Source: an uncultured Acidobacteriota bacterium
GTDB lineage: Bacteria > Acidobacteriota > Thermoanaerobaculia > Multivoradales > UBA5704
DNA: 64,000 nt
Assembly: GCA_963770895.1 (NCBI GenBank)
Contig: CAVYRF010000002.1
Location: forward strand, 4,288,001 to 4,352,000
Reading direction: 5' to 3'
Shown here piece by piece: positions 1 through 8,677 of this stretch (its first letter is position 1; each line of letters starts with the position of its first letter). A program made the position numbers and the translations under genes. A model generated the notes under the pieces. That model saw nothing but the letters and a program-made list of their open reading frames with translations, was not told where the DNA came from and made no database searches.

Positions 1-11
1 ACGATCGCGAT

Positions 12-686
12 GTGAAGCTGCTCCTGATCGAAGATTCGGCGCGCCTGCGCACCGCCCTCCAGCACGGCCTGCGCCGCGCCGGCCACACGGTGGAGGCGGC
101 CAAGGACGGCCCCGAGGGGCTGGCGCTGGCGATGGCCGGCGACCAGGACGTCATCGTGCTCGACCTCATGCTGCCCGGCATGGACGGGCTGACGGTGTTG
201 CGCCGCCTGCGCGCGCAGGGCAAGACCACCCACGTCCTGATCCTGTCGGCCCGGGACCTGGTCGAGGACCGGGTGCAGGGCCTCCGCCTGGGCGCCGACG
301 ACTACCTGGTCAAGCCGTTTTCCTTCGACGAATTGCAGGCTCGCCTGGAAGCGCTGGCGCGGCGCACCTATCACGCGAAAAATCCGCTGCTGCGCAAGGG
401 TGCCTTGGCGATCGACACCGCCGCCCGCCAGGCCGCCTGCGATGGGCGCGCGGTCAACCTGACGCCGCGCGAATACAGCCTGCTGGAGCTGCTGGTCGTG
501 CGCTGCGGCGAGGTGCTGAGCCGCAAGGAGCTGGGCGAGCGGCTGTACGCGGTCGATCGCCAGGTCACCAGCAACGTCGTCGACGTGCTGATCCATTCGC
601 TGCGCCGCAAGCTCAACCCCGAGCATCCGCAACGTTTCATCCAGACCCGCCGCGGCCTGGGCTACATGATCGAGGACGTGCCGTGA
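12..686 (+). CDS. OmpR/PhoB-family response regulator
   Basis: Receiver motifs LLIED, VLDLMLPGMDG (phospho-Asp), GADDYLVKPF; winged-helix C-terminus LTPREY...IQTRRGLGY; GTG start; stop overlaps the kinase start (GTGA). Confidence 0.95.
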   Translation: MKLLLIEDSARLRTALQHGLRRAGHTVEAAKDGPEGLALAMAGDQDVIVLDLMLPGMDGLTVLRRLRAQGKTTHVLILSARDLVEDRVQGLRLGADDYLVKPFSFDELQARLEALARRTYHAKNPLLRKGALAIDTAARQAACDGRAVNLTPREYSLLELLVVRCGEVLSRKELGERLYAVDRQVTSNVVDVLIHSLRRKLNPEHPQRFIQTRRGLGYMIEDVP

Positions 687-2116
687 GGTCGCTGCGCGGC
701 CGCCTGAGCGTCTGGCTGCTGGCGGGCACCGGCCTGCTGCTGGCCGGCGGCGGTCTGTTCCTGGATTGGACGATCCGTTCCCAGGTGCGGCAGGACTTCG
801 ACGGCGGCCTGCTGGCCGAGGCGCGCTCGATGATGGCGGTGACCGAGCAGGAGGGGCACGCGATCTCGGTCGAGCTGAGCCCGGGGCTGATGCCGGAGTT
901 CGACGCCGGCCGCCAGCGCCCCGACTACTACCAGGTCTGGGTCGACGGCGGGCGCGTGCTGGCGCGCTCGGCGTCGCTCCGCGGCGCCACGTTGCCGCGG
1001 TCGCCCGCGGTTTCGGGCAATCCCCGGTTCGCCGACCTGGTGCTGCCCGACGGCCGGCCGGGCCGCTCGGTGCAGGTCACCTTCCAGCCGCAGATCGAGC
1101 CGGACGACGAGCGCGAAACGGCGCGCCTGGGCGGGCACCCCGTGCGCCTGGCCGCGACGCTGGTGGTCGCCCGCGGCAGCGAGGCCCGCGATGCGTTCCT
1201 GGCTTCCTTCCACTGGACCCTGGTGCTGTTCGGCGCCGGCCTGCTGCTGGGCAGCGCCCTCCTGGTGTGGGCGGTGACGCAGTTGGCGCTGCGGCCGCTG
1301 GACGACCTGGCCCGCCGGCTGCGCGCCATGGACGCCGGCTCGTTGGGGGAGCCGCTGGCGATCGCCGGCGCGCCGAGCGAGCTGCTGCCCACGATCGCCC
1401 ACCTGGACGACCTGCTGGCGCGGCTTGCCGCATCGTTCGAGCGCGAACGGACGTTTTCCGCCAACGTCGCGCACGAGCTGCGGACGCCGCTCGCGGAGCT
1501 GCGCACCGTCAGCGAGGTGGCGCTGCGCTGGCAGGGTGACGCCGCCGCCTTGCGTGCCGCGCTCGCCGAGGTGCACGGCGTCGGGCTGCAGATGGAAAGG
1601 GTGGTCGTCAACCTGCTGGCGCTGGCCCGTTGCGACAGCGGCCAGCATCGCGTGCACACGTCGCGGGTGGAGCTGCGCGATACGGTCGAACGCTCCTGGC
1701 GTTGCGCCGCCGCCGAAGCGACCCCCGGCGGCGCCAGGGCGGCGCTGGAGGTCCCGGCAGGGCTCGCCATCGTCACCGACCCGGAAAAGCTGGAGCTGAT
1801 CCTTGCCAACCTTTTCGCCAACGCCATCGCCTACGGCGTCGCCGGCGAACCGATCACCTGCGCCGCGGGCGCGGCGGACGGCAGGTTTCACCTGAGCGTT
1901 TCCAACCGCACGGCGGAGCTGGCGCCGCAGGACCTGCCGCACCTGTTCGACCGCTTCTGGCGCAAGGACCAGGCGCGCTCCGACGGCGGACACGCCGGCC
2001 TGGGGCTCAGCCTGGTCGCCGCCCTCTGCGAGCTGCTTGGCTTTGCACGCGCGGCGCGCCTGGAGGGCGACGTCTTCCAGGTCGTCGTCAGCGGTCCCTT
2101 GCATGGCAAGTATTAA
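683..2116 (+). CDS. Membrane sensor histidine kinase (HAMP, HisKA, HATPase)
   Basis: Two hydrophobic segments; H-box FSANVAHELRTPL; N-box NLFANAIAY; G-boxes LFDRFWR and HAGLGLSLV. Confidence 0.95.
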   Translation: MRSLRGRLSVWLLAGTGLLLAGGGLFLDWTIRSQVRQDFDGGLLAEARSMMAVTEQEGHAISVELSPGLMPEFDAGRQRPDYYQVWVDGGRVLARSASLRGATLPRSPAVSGNPRFADLVLPDGRPGRSVQVTFQPQIEPDDERETARLGGHPVRLAATLVVARGSEARDAFLASFHWTLVLFGAGLLLGSALLVWAVTQLALRPLDDLARRLRAMDAGSLGEPLAIAGAPSELLPTIAHLDDLLARLAASFERERTFSANVAHELRTPLAELRTVSEVALRWQGDAAALRAALAEVHGVGLQMERVVVNLLALARCDSGQHRVHTSRVELRDTVERSWRCAAAEATPGGARAALEVPAGLAIVTDPEKLELILANLFANAIAYGVAGEPITCAAGAADGRFHLSVSNRTAELAPQDLPHLFDRFWRKDQARSDGGHAGLGLSLVAALCELLGFARAARLEGDVFQVVVSGPLHGKY

Positions 2117-2144
2117 GGGATGATGAAGACGCAGCGCTTTTTTC

Positions 2145-3407
2145 TTGACCGCGGCAGCCGCCGGCACCAGAGTGGCATGCGTGCGCGCTCGACTTCTCCG
2201 CGTTCTCCTTGGCGCCAACGTGTGGTTGGCAATGGCATCCTTCGGCTGGGCGCAGGAGCCGGCGCGCACACCCATGACCCTGGACCAGGCGCTGTCCGCG
2301 GCGCTTGCCGCCAGCCCCGCGCTGGCCGCGGCGCGCCTGGGCCGCGCGGAGGCGGCGGCGCGCAAGGACGTCGCGCGCCAGCGTCCCAATCCGGAGCTGT
2401 CGCTTGAGGAGGCGCGGGATACTCCGCGCGACGTAGCAACCCTGTCGCTGCCGCTGGAACGCGGCGGCAAGCGGCAGCGCCGGATGGCGCTGGCGGCGGC
2501 GCAGGCGCAGAGCGGCGAAGCGGAGATCGCCCGCCTGACCGTGGACGTCCGCAATCAGACGCGCCGGGCCTATTTCGCGCTGGCCGCCGCGGAGCAGCGC
2601 GCCGCCGAAACGGCGGCGCTGCAACAGTTCGCCGCCCGCGCCAGCGCCGCCGCCCGCGCCCGCTTCGAAGCCGGCGACGTCCCGCGGCTGGACGTGCTCC
2701 AGGCCGAGCTGGCGGCGGAGCAGGCGGCGGGCGAAAGCGACAAGAGCCGCGGCCTCCTGGCGCGCGCGCGCGCCGACCTGGCGACGCTCCTGGGCCGGCC
2801 GCCCGAGGTACCGCTGGACGCGAGCGACGGGCTCGACTCCGGCCGCGTGCCGCCGGTCGGCGAGGCCGTCGACCTGAGCGTGCGATCGAGCGCCGAGCTG
2901 GCGGTGCTCGACCTGGGGATCGTCCAGCAGCAGGCGCAGGTGGCGCTGGCGCGCGCCGAAGCGGTGCCGGACGTGACCGCGGCCGCCGGGGTCACCCACC
3001 ACGACCCGCCCAACTTCGATTGGGGCTGGCGCGGCGGCCTCACCTTTACGCTGCCGATCTTCACCCAGCACCGCGCCCTGGCGCAGCTGGAAGAGGCGAC
3101 GCTGGCGCGGCTGCAGGCGGAGCGCGAGGCCGCCGCGACGCGGCTGCGCGGCGAAGTCTTCGCCGCCGCCACCAGCGCCCTGGTGCAGCGCCAGGCCTAC
3201 CTGCGCTATCGCGACGTGATCCTGCCCCACGTCGCGGAGGTGGAAGGGATGGCCGAAGACTCCTACCGCTCCGGCCAGACCGGCCTGGCGCCGCTGCTGC
3301 AAAGCCTGCAGACGGCGCGCGACCTGCGCCTGCAGGCGGTCCAGGCGGGGCTGGACTATCAAATCGCGCTCGCCGACCTGGAGCGGGCGATGGGAGCGCC
3401 GCTGTGA
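2145..3407 (+). CDS. TolC/CzcC-family outer-membrane efflux protein
   Basis: Signal-like N-terminus; RPNPELSL, ARFEAGDVPRLDVLQA, LTFTLPIF, YRSGQTG motifs; first gene of a tripartite efflux set. Start codon uncertain. Confidence 0.88.
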   Translation: MTAAAAGTRVACVRARLLRVLLGANVWLAMASFGWAQEPARTPMTLDQALSAALAASPALAAARLGRAEAAARKDVARQRPNPELSLEEARDTPRDVATLSLPLERGGKRQRRMALAAAQAQSGEAEIARLTVDVRNQTRRAYFALAAAEQRAAETAALQQFAARASAAARARFEAGDVPRLDVLQAELAAEQAAGESDKSRGLLARARADLATLLGRPPEVPLDASDGLDSGRVPPVGEAVDLSVRSSAELAVLDLGIVQQQAQVALARAEAVPDVTAAAGVTHHDPPNFDWGWRGGLTFTLPIFTQHRALAQLEEATLARLQAEREAAATRLRGEVFAAATSALVQRQAYLRYRDVILPHVAEVEGMAEDSYRSGQTGLAPLLQSLQTARDLRLQAVQAGLDYQIALADLERAMGAPL

Positions 3408-4522
3408 AGAGCCCGAAGGTCCCTGCCGCGGCCGCCCTGCAGGTGGGGCTGCTGCTGCTCGCCGCCTGCCACCACCCCGCCACCGAAGCCATCGACACCC
3501 AGGAGTCCGTGCCCGTCGCGGTCGCCACGGCGCACGCCGGCCGCATCCGCGCCGTGGTGCCCGCCACCGGCCAGGTCAAGCCCGCCGCCGGCGCGGATTT
3601 CCAGGTGGTGCCGCCGCAGCAGGCGCGCATCGCGGAGATGCCCAGGCTGGTGGGGGACCGCGTGCGCCGCGGCGACCTGCTGGTCCGCTTCGACATCCCC
3701 AGCCTGGCCGCGGACGCCGCCGCGCGGCAGTCGGACCTGCAGCGCGGGCAGGCCCAGCTGGAGACGGCGCGCCAGAACCTCACCCGCCTGTCCGGGCTCA
3801 ACGACCGCGGCATCGCCTCCCGCAAGGAGGTCGAGGACGCCCGCCGCGACGTCGCCCAGGCCGAGGCGACGGTGGCCGAGGCGCGCACCGCCGTCGCCAT
3901 GGCCGACCGGCTGGGCGAGCGCGCCGTGGTGCGCTCGCCCTTCGCCGGCGTCGTCATCGCCCGCGCGCAGCACCAGGCGGGGGACCTGGTCGACGCCGGC
4001 GCCGCCGAGCCGCTGCTGCGCGTCATCGATCCCTCCCGGCTGCAGGTCGACGCCGCGGTGCCCGCCGGCGACCTGGGGCGCATCGCCGCCGGCAGCCCGG
4101 CGCGGGTGCGCGGCGGCGCCTTTGCCGACGAGACGGCGCGCGTCCTCGCCGCGCCCGCGGCCGTCGACCCGGCCACCGGCACCGCCCCGGTGCGGCTGGC
4201 CTTCGACGCCCCCACCCGGCGGCCCGCCGGCCTGCCGGTGGAAGTCGAGATCTACGGCAAGGACCAGGATGCCGCGGTCCTGGTGCCCGCCGAAGCGCTG
4301 GTGCAGGAGGGGCAGCACAGCGTGGTCTTCACCGTGGACGGCCAGAAGAAAGCCCACCGGCGCCAGGTGACGGTCGGCGTCGTCGCCGGCGGCCAGGCCG
4401 AGATCACCGCCGGCGTCAAGGCCGGCGAAGCCGTCGTGGTGCGCGGCCAGACCTCGCTGCCGGACGGCGCCGCCGTCGAAGTCGCGGCGGAGACCCCGCC
4501 GCCCGCGGAGCCGGCTCCGTGA
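3404..4522 (+). CDS. RND efflux periplasmic adaptor (MFP), probable lipoprotein
   Basis: Start is probably GTG at 3404, overlapping the upstream stop (the track ORF from 3020 is over-extended); lipobox-like LLLAAC; VGDRVRRGDLL, VRSPFAGVV and VPAEALV motifs. Confidence 0.9.
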   Translation: MKSPKVPAAAALQVGLLLLAACHHPATEAIDTQESVPVAVATAHAGRIRAVVPATGQVKPAAGADFQVVPPQQARIAEMPRLVGDRVRRGDLLVRFDIPSLAADAAARQSDLQRGQAQLETARQNLTRLSGLNDRGIASRKEVEDARRDVAQAEATVAEARTAVAMADRLGERAVVRSPFAGVVIARAQHQAGDLVDAGAAEPLLRVIDPSRLQVDAAVPAGDLGRIAAGSPARVRGGAFADETARVLAAPAAVDPATGTAPVRLAFDAPTRRPAGLPVEVEIYGKDQDAAVLVPAEALVQEGQHSVVFTVDGQKKAHRRQVTVGVVAGGQAEITAGVKAGEAVVVRGQTSLPDGAAVEVAAETPPPAEPAP

Positions 4523-7500
4523 GCCTGGCCGCCGTCTCCCTGCGCCAGGGGCGGGCGATCGTCCTGATCACGTTGCTGGTCGCCGCGGCCGGCGCCCTGG
4601 TGCTGCCCGGCCTGCCGAGCGACATCTATCCGCCGCTGCAGTTCCCGCGCCTGGTGGTGATCGCGCACTCGGGGTCGCTGCCGGCGCGCACGATGATGGT
4701 GGGGGTGACGCGGCCGATCGAGCAGGTGGCCATGGAGATCCCCGGCATCCGCCGGGTGCGGTCGCGCACCTTTCGCGGCTCGAGCGAGATCTCGGCCCAG
4801 TTCGCGCCCGGCACCGAGATGGCGGGCGCCCTCCAGCAGCTGCAGAACCGCGTCGCCGAAGTGCGCGGCGACCTGCCGGCGGACACCGAGCTGACCGTCG
4901 AGCGGCTGACCGTTTCCGCCTTCCCGATGCTGAGCCTGAATTTGACCGGCGGCCTGCCGATCCCCGACCTGTACGACGACGCCTTCTACTACATCCGCCC
5001 GGCGCTGGCGCGCGTGCCGGGAGTGGGGCGGGTCGAGGTCGCGGCGAGCGACACGCGCGAGATCGAGGTGGTTGCCGACCCCGGCCGCCTGCTCGCCGCG
5101 AGTCTCACCGTGGACGACGTGGCCGCCGCGTTGCGCGCCTCCAACCGCCTGGCGCCGGTGGGGCGCTACGCCGCCGGCGGCCTGGAGCACCTGGTGCTCG
5201 CCTCCGCGCTCTGGGACTCGGCCGGCGAGATCGCCCGCACGCCGGTCGCCAGCCGCGCCGGCACGACGATCCGGGTTGCCGACGTGGCGCAGGTCTTCCC
5301 CGGTTCGCCGGACCGCACCGCCCTGGTCACCGGCAACGGCCAGGACGCGGCGGTGGTCAGCGTGTCGCAGCAGCCGGGGGCGAGCATCCTGGACGTCAAG
5401 GCGGGCATCGAGCAGACCCTTGGCGACGTCTCGCGCACCCTCCCCTCGGGCTTGCGGCTGTCCAAAGTCTACGATCTGGCGGAGTTCGTCGCCACCGCGA
5501 TCGCCAACGTGCGCGACGCCATCCTCATCGGCGGCGCGCTGGCCGTCCTGGTGCTGCTGCTCTTCCTGCGCGACTGGCGGGTGACCCTGATCGCGGCGGC
5601 GACGCTGCCGTTGACCGTGCTGGCCACGTTCCTGTTCATGAAACTGTTCGGCGAATCGATCAATCTCATGTCGATGGGCGGCCTGGCGGTCGCCATCGGG
5701 TTGGTGATCGACGACGCCGTGGTGATGGTCGAAAACATCCACCGGCGGCTGCGCGGCGGCCAGGGGGAGGGGGCGATCGCGGCGGCGACGGAGGAGCTGA
5801 TCGCGCCGGTGGTGGGCTCGACGCTGACCACGGTGGTGGTGCTGGCGCCGCTCGGTTTTCTGTCCGGCGTCGTGGGGCAGTTCTTTCGCGCCCTGTCGCT
5901 GACCCTGTCGGTGTCGGTGCTGGTGTCGCTCGCCCTGTCGCTGACCCTGATTCCGCTGCTGTCTCACCTGGCCTTCCGCGGCGGCGACCACGCCCGGCAG
6001 GAGCGACCGGCGTGGTGGGAACGCGGCTACGCGCGGGCGCTCGCCACCTCGGTGCGCCGCCCGTGGCTGGGCGTCGCCGCCGCGTGCGGGCTGGCGGTCG
6101 CGGGCTGGGCGCTGTACCGCGGCATGCCGAGCGGCTTTCTGCCTCCCATGGACGAGGGGGGCTTCGTCATCGACTGCCTGACGCCTCCCGGCACCTCGCT
6201 GGCCGAGACCGACGGGCTGGTGCGCAGGATCGAGGCCGAGCTGGGCAAGACGCCCGAGGTCGCCGCCTTTTCGCGCCGCACCGGGGCCGAGCTGGGCCTC
6301 TACGCCACGCAGCCCAACAAGGGCGACATCCTGGTGCGGCTCAAGCCCCGCGCGCAGCGCCGCCGCAGCGCGCAGCAGGTGATCGCGGACCTGCGGCCGC
6401 GGCTCGCCGACGCCGCGCCCGGCGTCGACCTTGAGTTCGCCCAGCTGCTGCAGGACATGCTCGGCGACCTGGAGGGGGCCTCGGACCCGCTGGAAGTGAA
6501 GATCTTCGGCGACGACTCGGCCACCCTGGCGGCGCTCGCCGGCCAGGCGCAGGAGCAGATGGCATCCGTCAAGGGCGTGGTCGACCTGGTGGGACCGCAG
6601 CGCGGCGCGCCCGAAACCACCTGGCAGATCGACCCCCAGGCCGCCGGCCGCGCCGGGCTGACGGTCGAGCAGATCCAGGCGCGGCTCGCCAGCGCCTGGC
6701 TGGGCGACGTCGCCAGCAGCCTGCAGGTGGGCGACCGCAGCATCCCGGTACGGGTGCGCTACCCCGACCCCGACCGCTTCGACCCTGCCCGCCTGGCCGC
6801 GACGACGCTGCGCGGCGCCGACGGGCAGCTGGTGCCGCTGGCGTCGCTGGCGCGGCCGGTCCAGGCCACCGGCTACGGCGAGCTGACGCGCGAAAACCTG
6901 CGCCAGGTGGCGCTGGTGACGGCGCGTCTGGAAGGGCGCGACCTGGGCAGCGCCGCGGCCGAAGTGCAGCAGCGTCTGGGCCGGCTGAAGCTGCCGGTGG
7001 GCTATGCGGTCGAGGTGGGGGGCCAGTCCGAATCCCAGCGCCAGGCCTTCCGCGAGCTGCTGCTGGTCTTCGGCACCGCTGCGGCCCTGGTGCTGCTGGT
7101 CCTGGTCGTCCAGTTCAGGGCGGTGCTGCCGGCGGCCATCCTGCTGGTCGCCTCGCCGCTGTCGTTCGGCGGCGCCTTCGTGCTGCTCCGCCTGGCCGGT
7201 TCGGAGCTCGACGTCTCGTCGGCGATGGGCCTGATCCTGCTGGTGGGGCTGGCGGTCAAGAACGGCATCGTCATGCTCGACTACGCCCACCGCCTGGCCG
7301 CCCAGGGGGAGCCGTTCGCCGACGCCGTGGCGCACGCGGCGCGCGTGCGCCTGCGGCCGATCCTGATGACCACCCTGTGTACCCTCTTCGGTCTGCTGCC
7401 GCTCGCCTTGGGGCTGGGCGCCGGCGCCGAGCTGCAGAAGCCGCTCGCCCTGGCGGTGATCGGCGGTCTGGGCCTGTCCACCCTCGTCACCCTGTTCGCA

Positions 7501-7563
7501 GTGCCTTCGGCCTACGTCGCCTTGCGGCGCCGCGGCCCTTCCATCCAGCGGAGGAATCCATGA
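4519..7563 (+). CDS. RND efflux permease (AcrB/CzcA superfamily)
   Basis: 1014 aa; proton-relay motifs GLVIDDAVVMVENI, AVKNGI and RLRPILMTT; GFLPPMDEG; C-terminal LALAVIGGL. Confidence 0.95.
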   Translation: MSLAAVSLRQGRAIVLITLLVAAAGALVLPGLPSDIYPPLQFPRLVVIAHSGSLPARTMMVGVTRPIEQVAMEIPGIRRVRSRTFRGSSEISAQFAPGTEMAGALQQLQNRVAEVRGDLPADTELTVERLTVSAFPMLSLNLTGGLPIPDLYDDAFYYIRPALARVPGVGRVEVAASDTREIEVVADPGRLLAASLTVDDVAAALRASNRLAPVGRYAAGGLEHLVLASALWDSAGEIARTPVASRAGTTIRVADVAQVFPGSPDRTALVTGNGQDAAVVSVSQQPGASILDVKAGIEQTLGDVSRTLPSGLRLSKVYDLAEFVATAIANVRDAILIGGALAVLVLLLFLRDWRVTLIAAATLPLTVLATFLFMKLFGESINLMSMGGLAVAIGLVIDDAVVMVENIHRRLRGGQGEGAIAAATEELIAPVVGSTLTTVVVLAPLGFLSGVVGQFFRALSLTLSVSVLVSLALSLTLIPLLSHLAFRGGDHARQERPAWWERGYARALATSVRRPWLGVAAACGLAVAGWALYRGMPSGFLPPMDEGGFVIDCLTPPGTSLAETDGLVRRIEAELGKTPEVAAFSRRTGAELGLYATQPNKGDILVRLKPRAQRRRSAQQVIADLRPRLADAAPGVDLEFAQLLQDMLGDLEGASDPLEVKIFGDDSATLAALAGQAQEQMASVKGVVDLVGPQRGAPETTWQIDPQAAGRAGLTVEQIQARLASAWLGDVASSLQVGDRSIPVRVRYPDPDRFDPARLAATTLRGADGQLVPLASLARPVQATGYGELTRENLRQVALVTARLEGRDLGSAAAEVQQRLGRLKLPVGYAVEVGGQSESQRQAFRELLLVFGTAAALVLLVLVVQFRAVLPAAILLVASPLSFGGAFVLLRLAGSELDVSSAMGLILLVGLAVKNGIVMLDYAHRLAAQGEPFADAVAHAARVRLRPILMTTLCTLFGLLPLALGLGAGAELQKPLALAVIGGLGLSTLVTLFAVPSAYVALRRRGPSIQRRNP

Positions 7564-8657
7564 ATCGATTTGTGACCTTGACCGCCGTCGTCGTCGCCGG
7601 CGGCACGCTCAGCCTGGCTCCCGTCCACGCCGCCGCGCCCCCCAAGGCGGCGGGCGACCCTGCCGCCGAAGCCGCCGCATCCAAGTCGGGCTATCACGTC
7701 GCCAAGGAGATCACGCTGGGCGGCGAAGGCGGCTGGGACTACCTGACCGTCGACGCCGCGGGCCGCCGGCTCTACGTTTCGCACACCAACAAGGTGGAAG
7801 TGGTGGACGTCGACAGCGGCAAGAAGGTGGGCGAGGTGCTCAACCTGTCCGGCGTCCATGGCATCGCCATCGCCGCCGACCTGGGCCGCGGCTTCATCAG
7901 CAACGGCCGCACCTCCACCGTGACGATCTTCGATCTCAAGACGCTCGCCTCCCTGGGGGAGGTCAAGTCGACCGGCGACAACCCGGACGCCATCCTGTAC
8001 GACGCCGCGTCGGCGCAGGTGTTCGCCTTCAACGGCCGCTCCAACAACGCCACCGTGATCGCGGCGAAGACCGGCAAGGTGGTCGGCACGATCCCGCTCG
8101 CCGGCAAGCCCGAGTTTGCCGCCACCGACCTGCAGGGAAGGGTCTACGTCAACCTGGAGGACCGCGGCGAGATCGCCGCCATCGACGCCAAAAGCCTGCA
8201 AGTCAAGGCCCAATGGCCGCTCAAGCCCTGCGAGGAGCCCAGCGGCCTGGCCATCGATCGCAAGCATCGCCGCCTGCTCGCCGGCTGCGGCAACAAGCTC
8301 GCCGCCTTCGTGGACATCGATTCGGGCAAGGTGGTCGCCACCGTTCCCATCGGCGCAGGGATCGACGCCGCGGGCTTCGACCCCGGCACCGATCTCGGCT
8401 TCACTTCGAACGGCAGGGACGCCACCCTGACGGTCATCCGCGAGCAGGACCCCGACCACTTCACCGTGCTCGACAACGTTCCCACCCGGCCGGGCGCCCG
8501 CACCATGGCCCTGGACGAAACCTCGCACACCGTCTACCTGGTGACCGCCCAGTTCGGTCCGCCGCCCGCAGCGACCGCCACCACCCCGCACCCGCGCCCG
8601 GCCGTCCTGCCCAACACCTTCACCATCCTGGTGGTGACCAGGGACGCGACTCCGTAG
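7560..8657 (+). CDS. Secreted YncE-like beta-propeller protein
   Basis: ATG at 7560 with GAGGA upstream, overlapping the permease stop; signal peptide MNRFVTLTAVV...VHA; GGWDYLTVD..RRLYVSH, HGIAIA..GRGFISNG, GARTMALD repeat motifs. Confidence 0.85.
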   Translation: MNRFVTLTAVVVAGGTLSLAPVHAAAPPKAAGDPAAEAAASKSGYHVAKEITLGGEGGWDYLTVDAAGRRLYVSHTNKVEVVDVDSGKKVGEVLNLSGVHGIAIAADLGRGFISNGRTSTVTIFDLKTLASLGEVKSTGDNPDAILYDAASAQVFAFNGRSNNATVIAAKTGKVVGTIPLAGKPEFAATDLQGRVYVNLEDRGEIAAIDAKSLQVKAQWPLKPCEEPSGLAIDRKHRRLLAGCGNKLAAFVDIDSGKVVATVPIGAGIDAAGFDPGTDLGFTSNGRDATLTVIREQDPDHFTVLDNVPTRPGARTMALDETSHTVYLVTAQFGPPPAATATTPHPRPAVLPNTFTILVVTRDATP

Positions 8658-8677
8658 GGCGGGCGGCCGCCAGGCCG

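Noticed and set aside
3020-3403. N-terminal extensions of track ORFs (3020, 7377, 26668, 19514, 19695)
   Set aside because: They overlap neighbouring genes or hairpins; better starts with RBS, stop-start coupling or family-typical N-termini are at 3404, 7560, 27058, 19325 and 19653.
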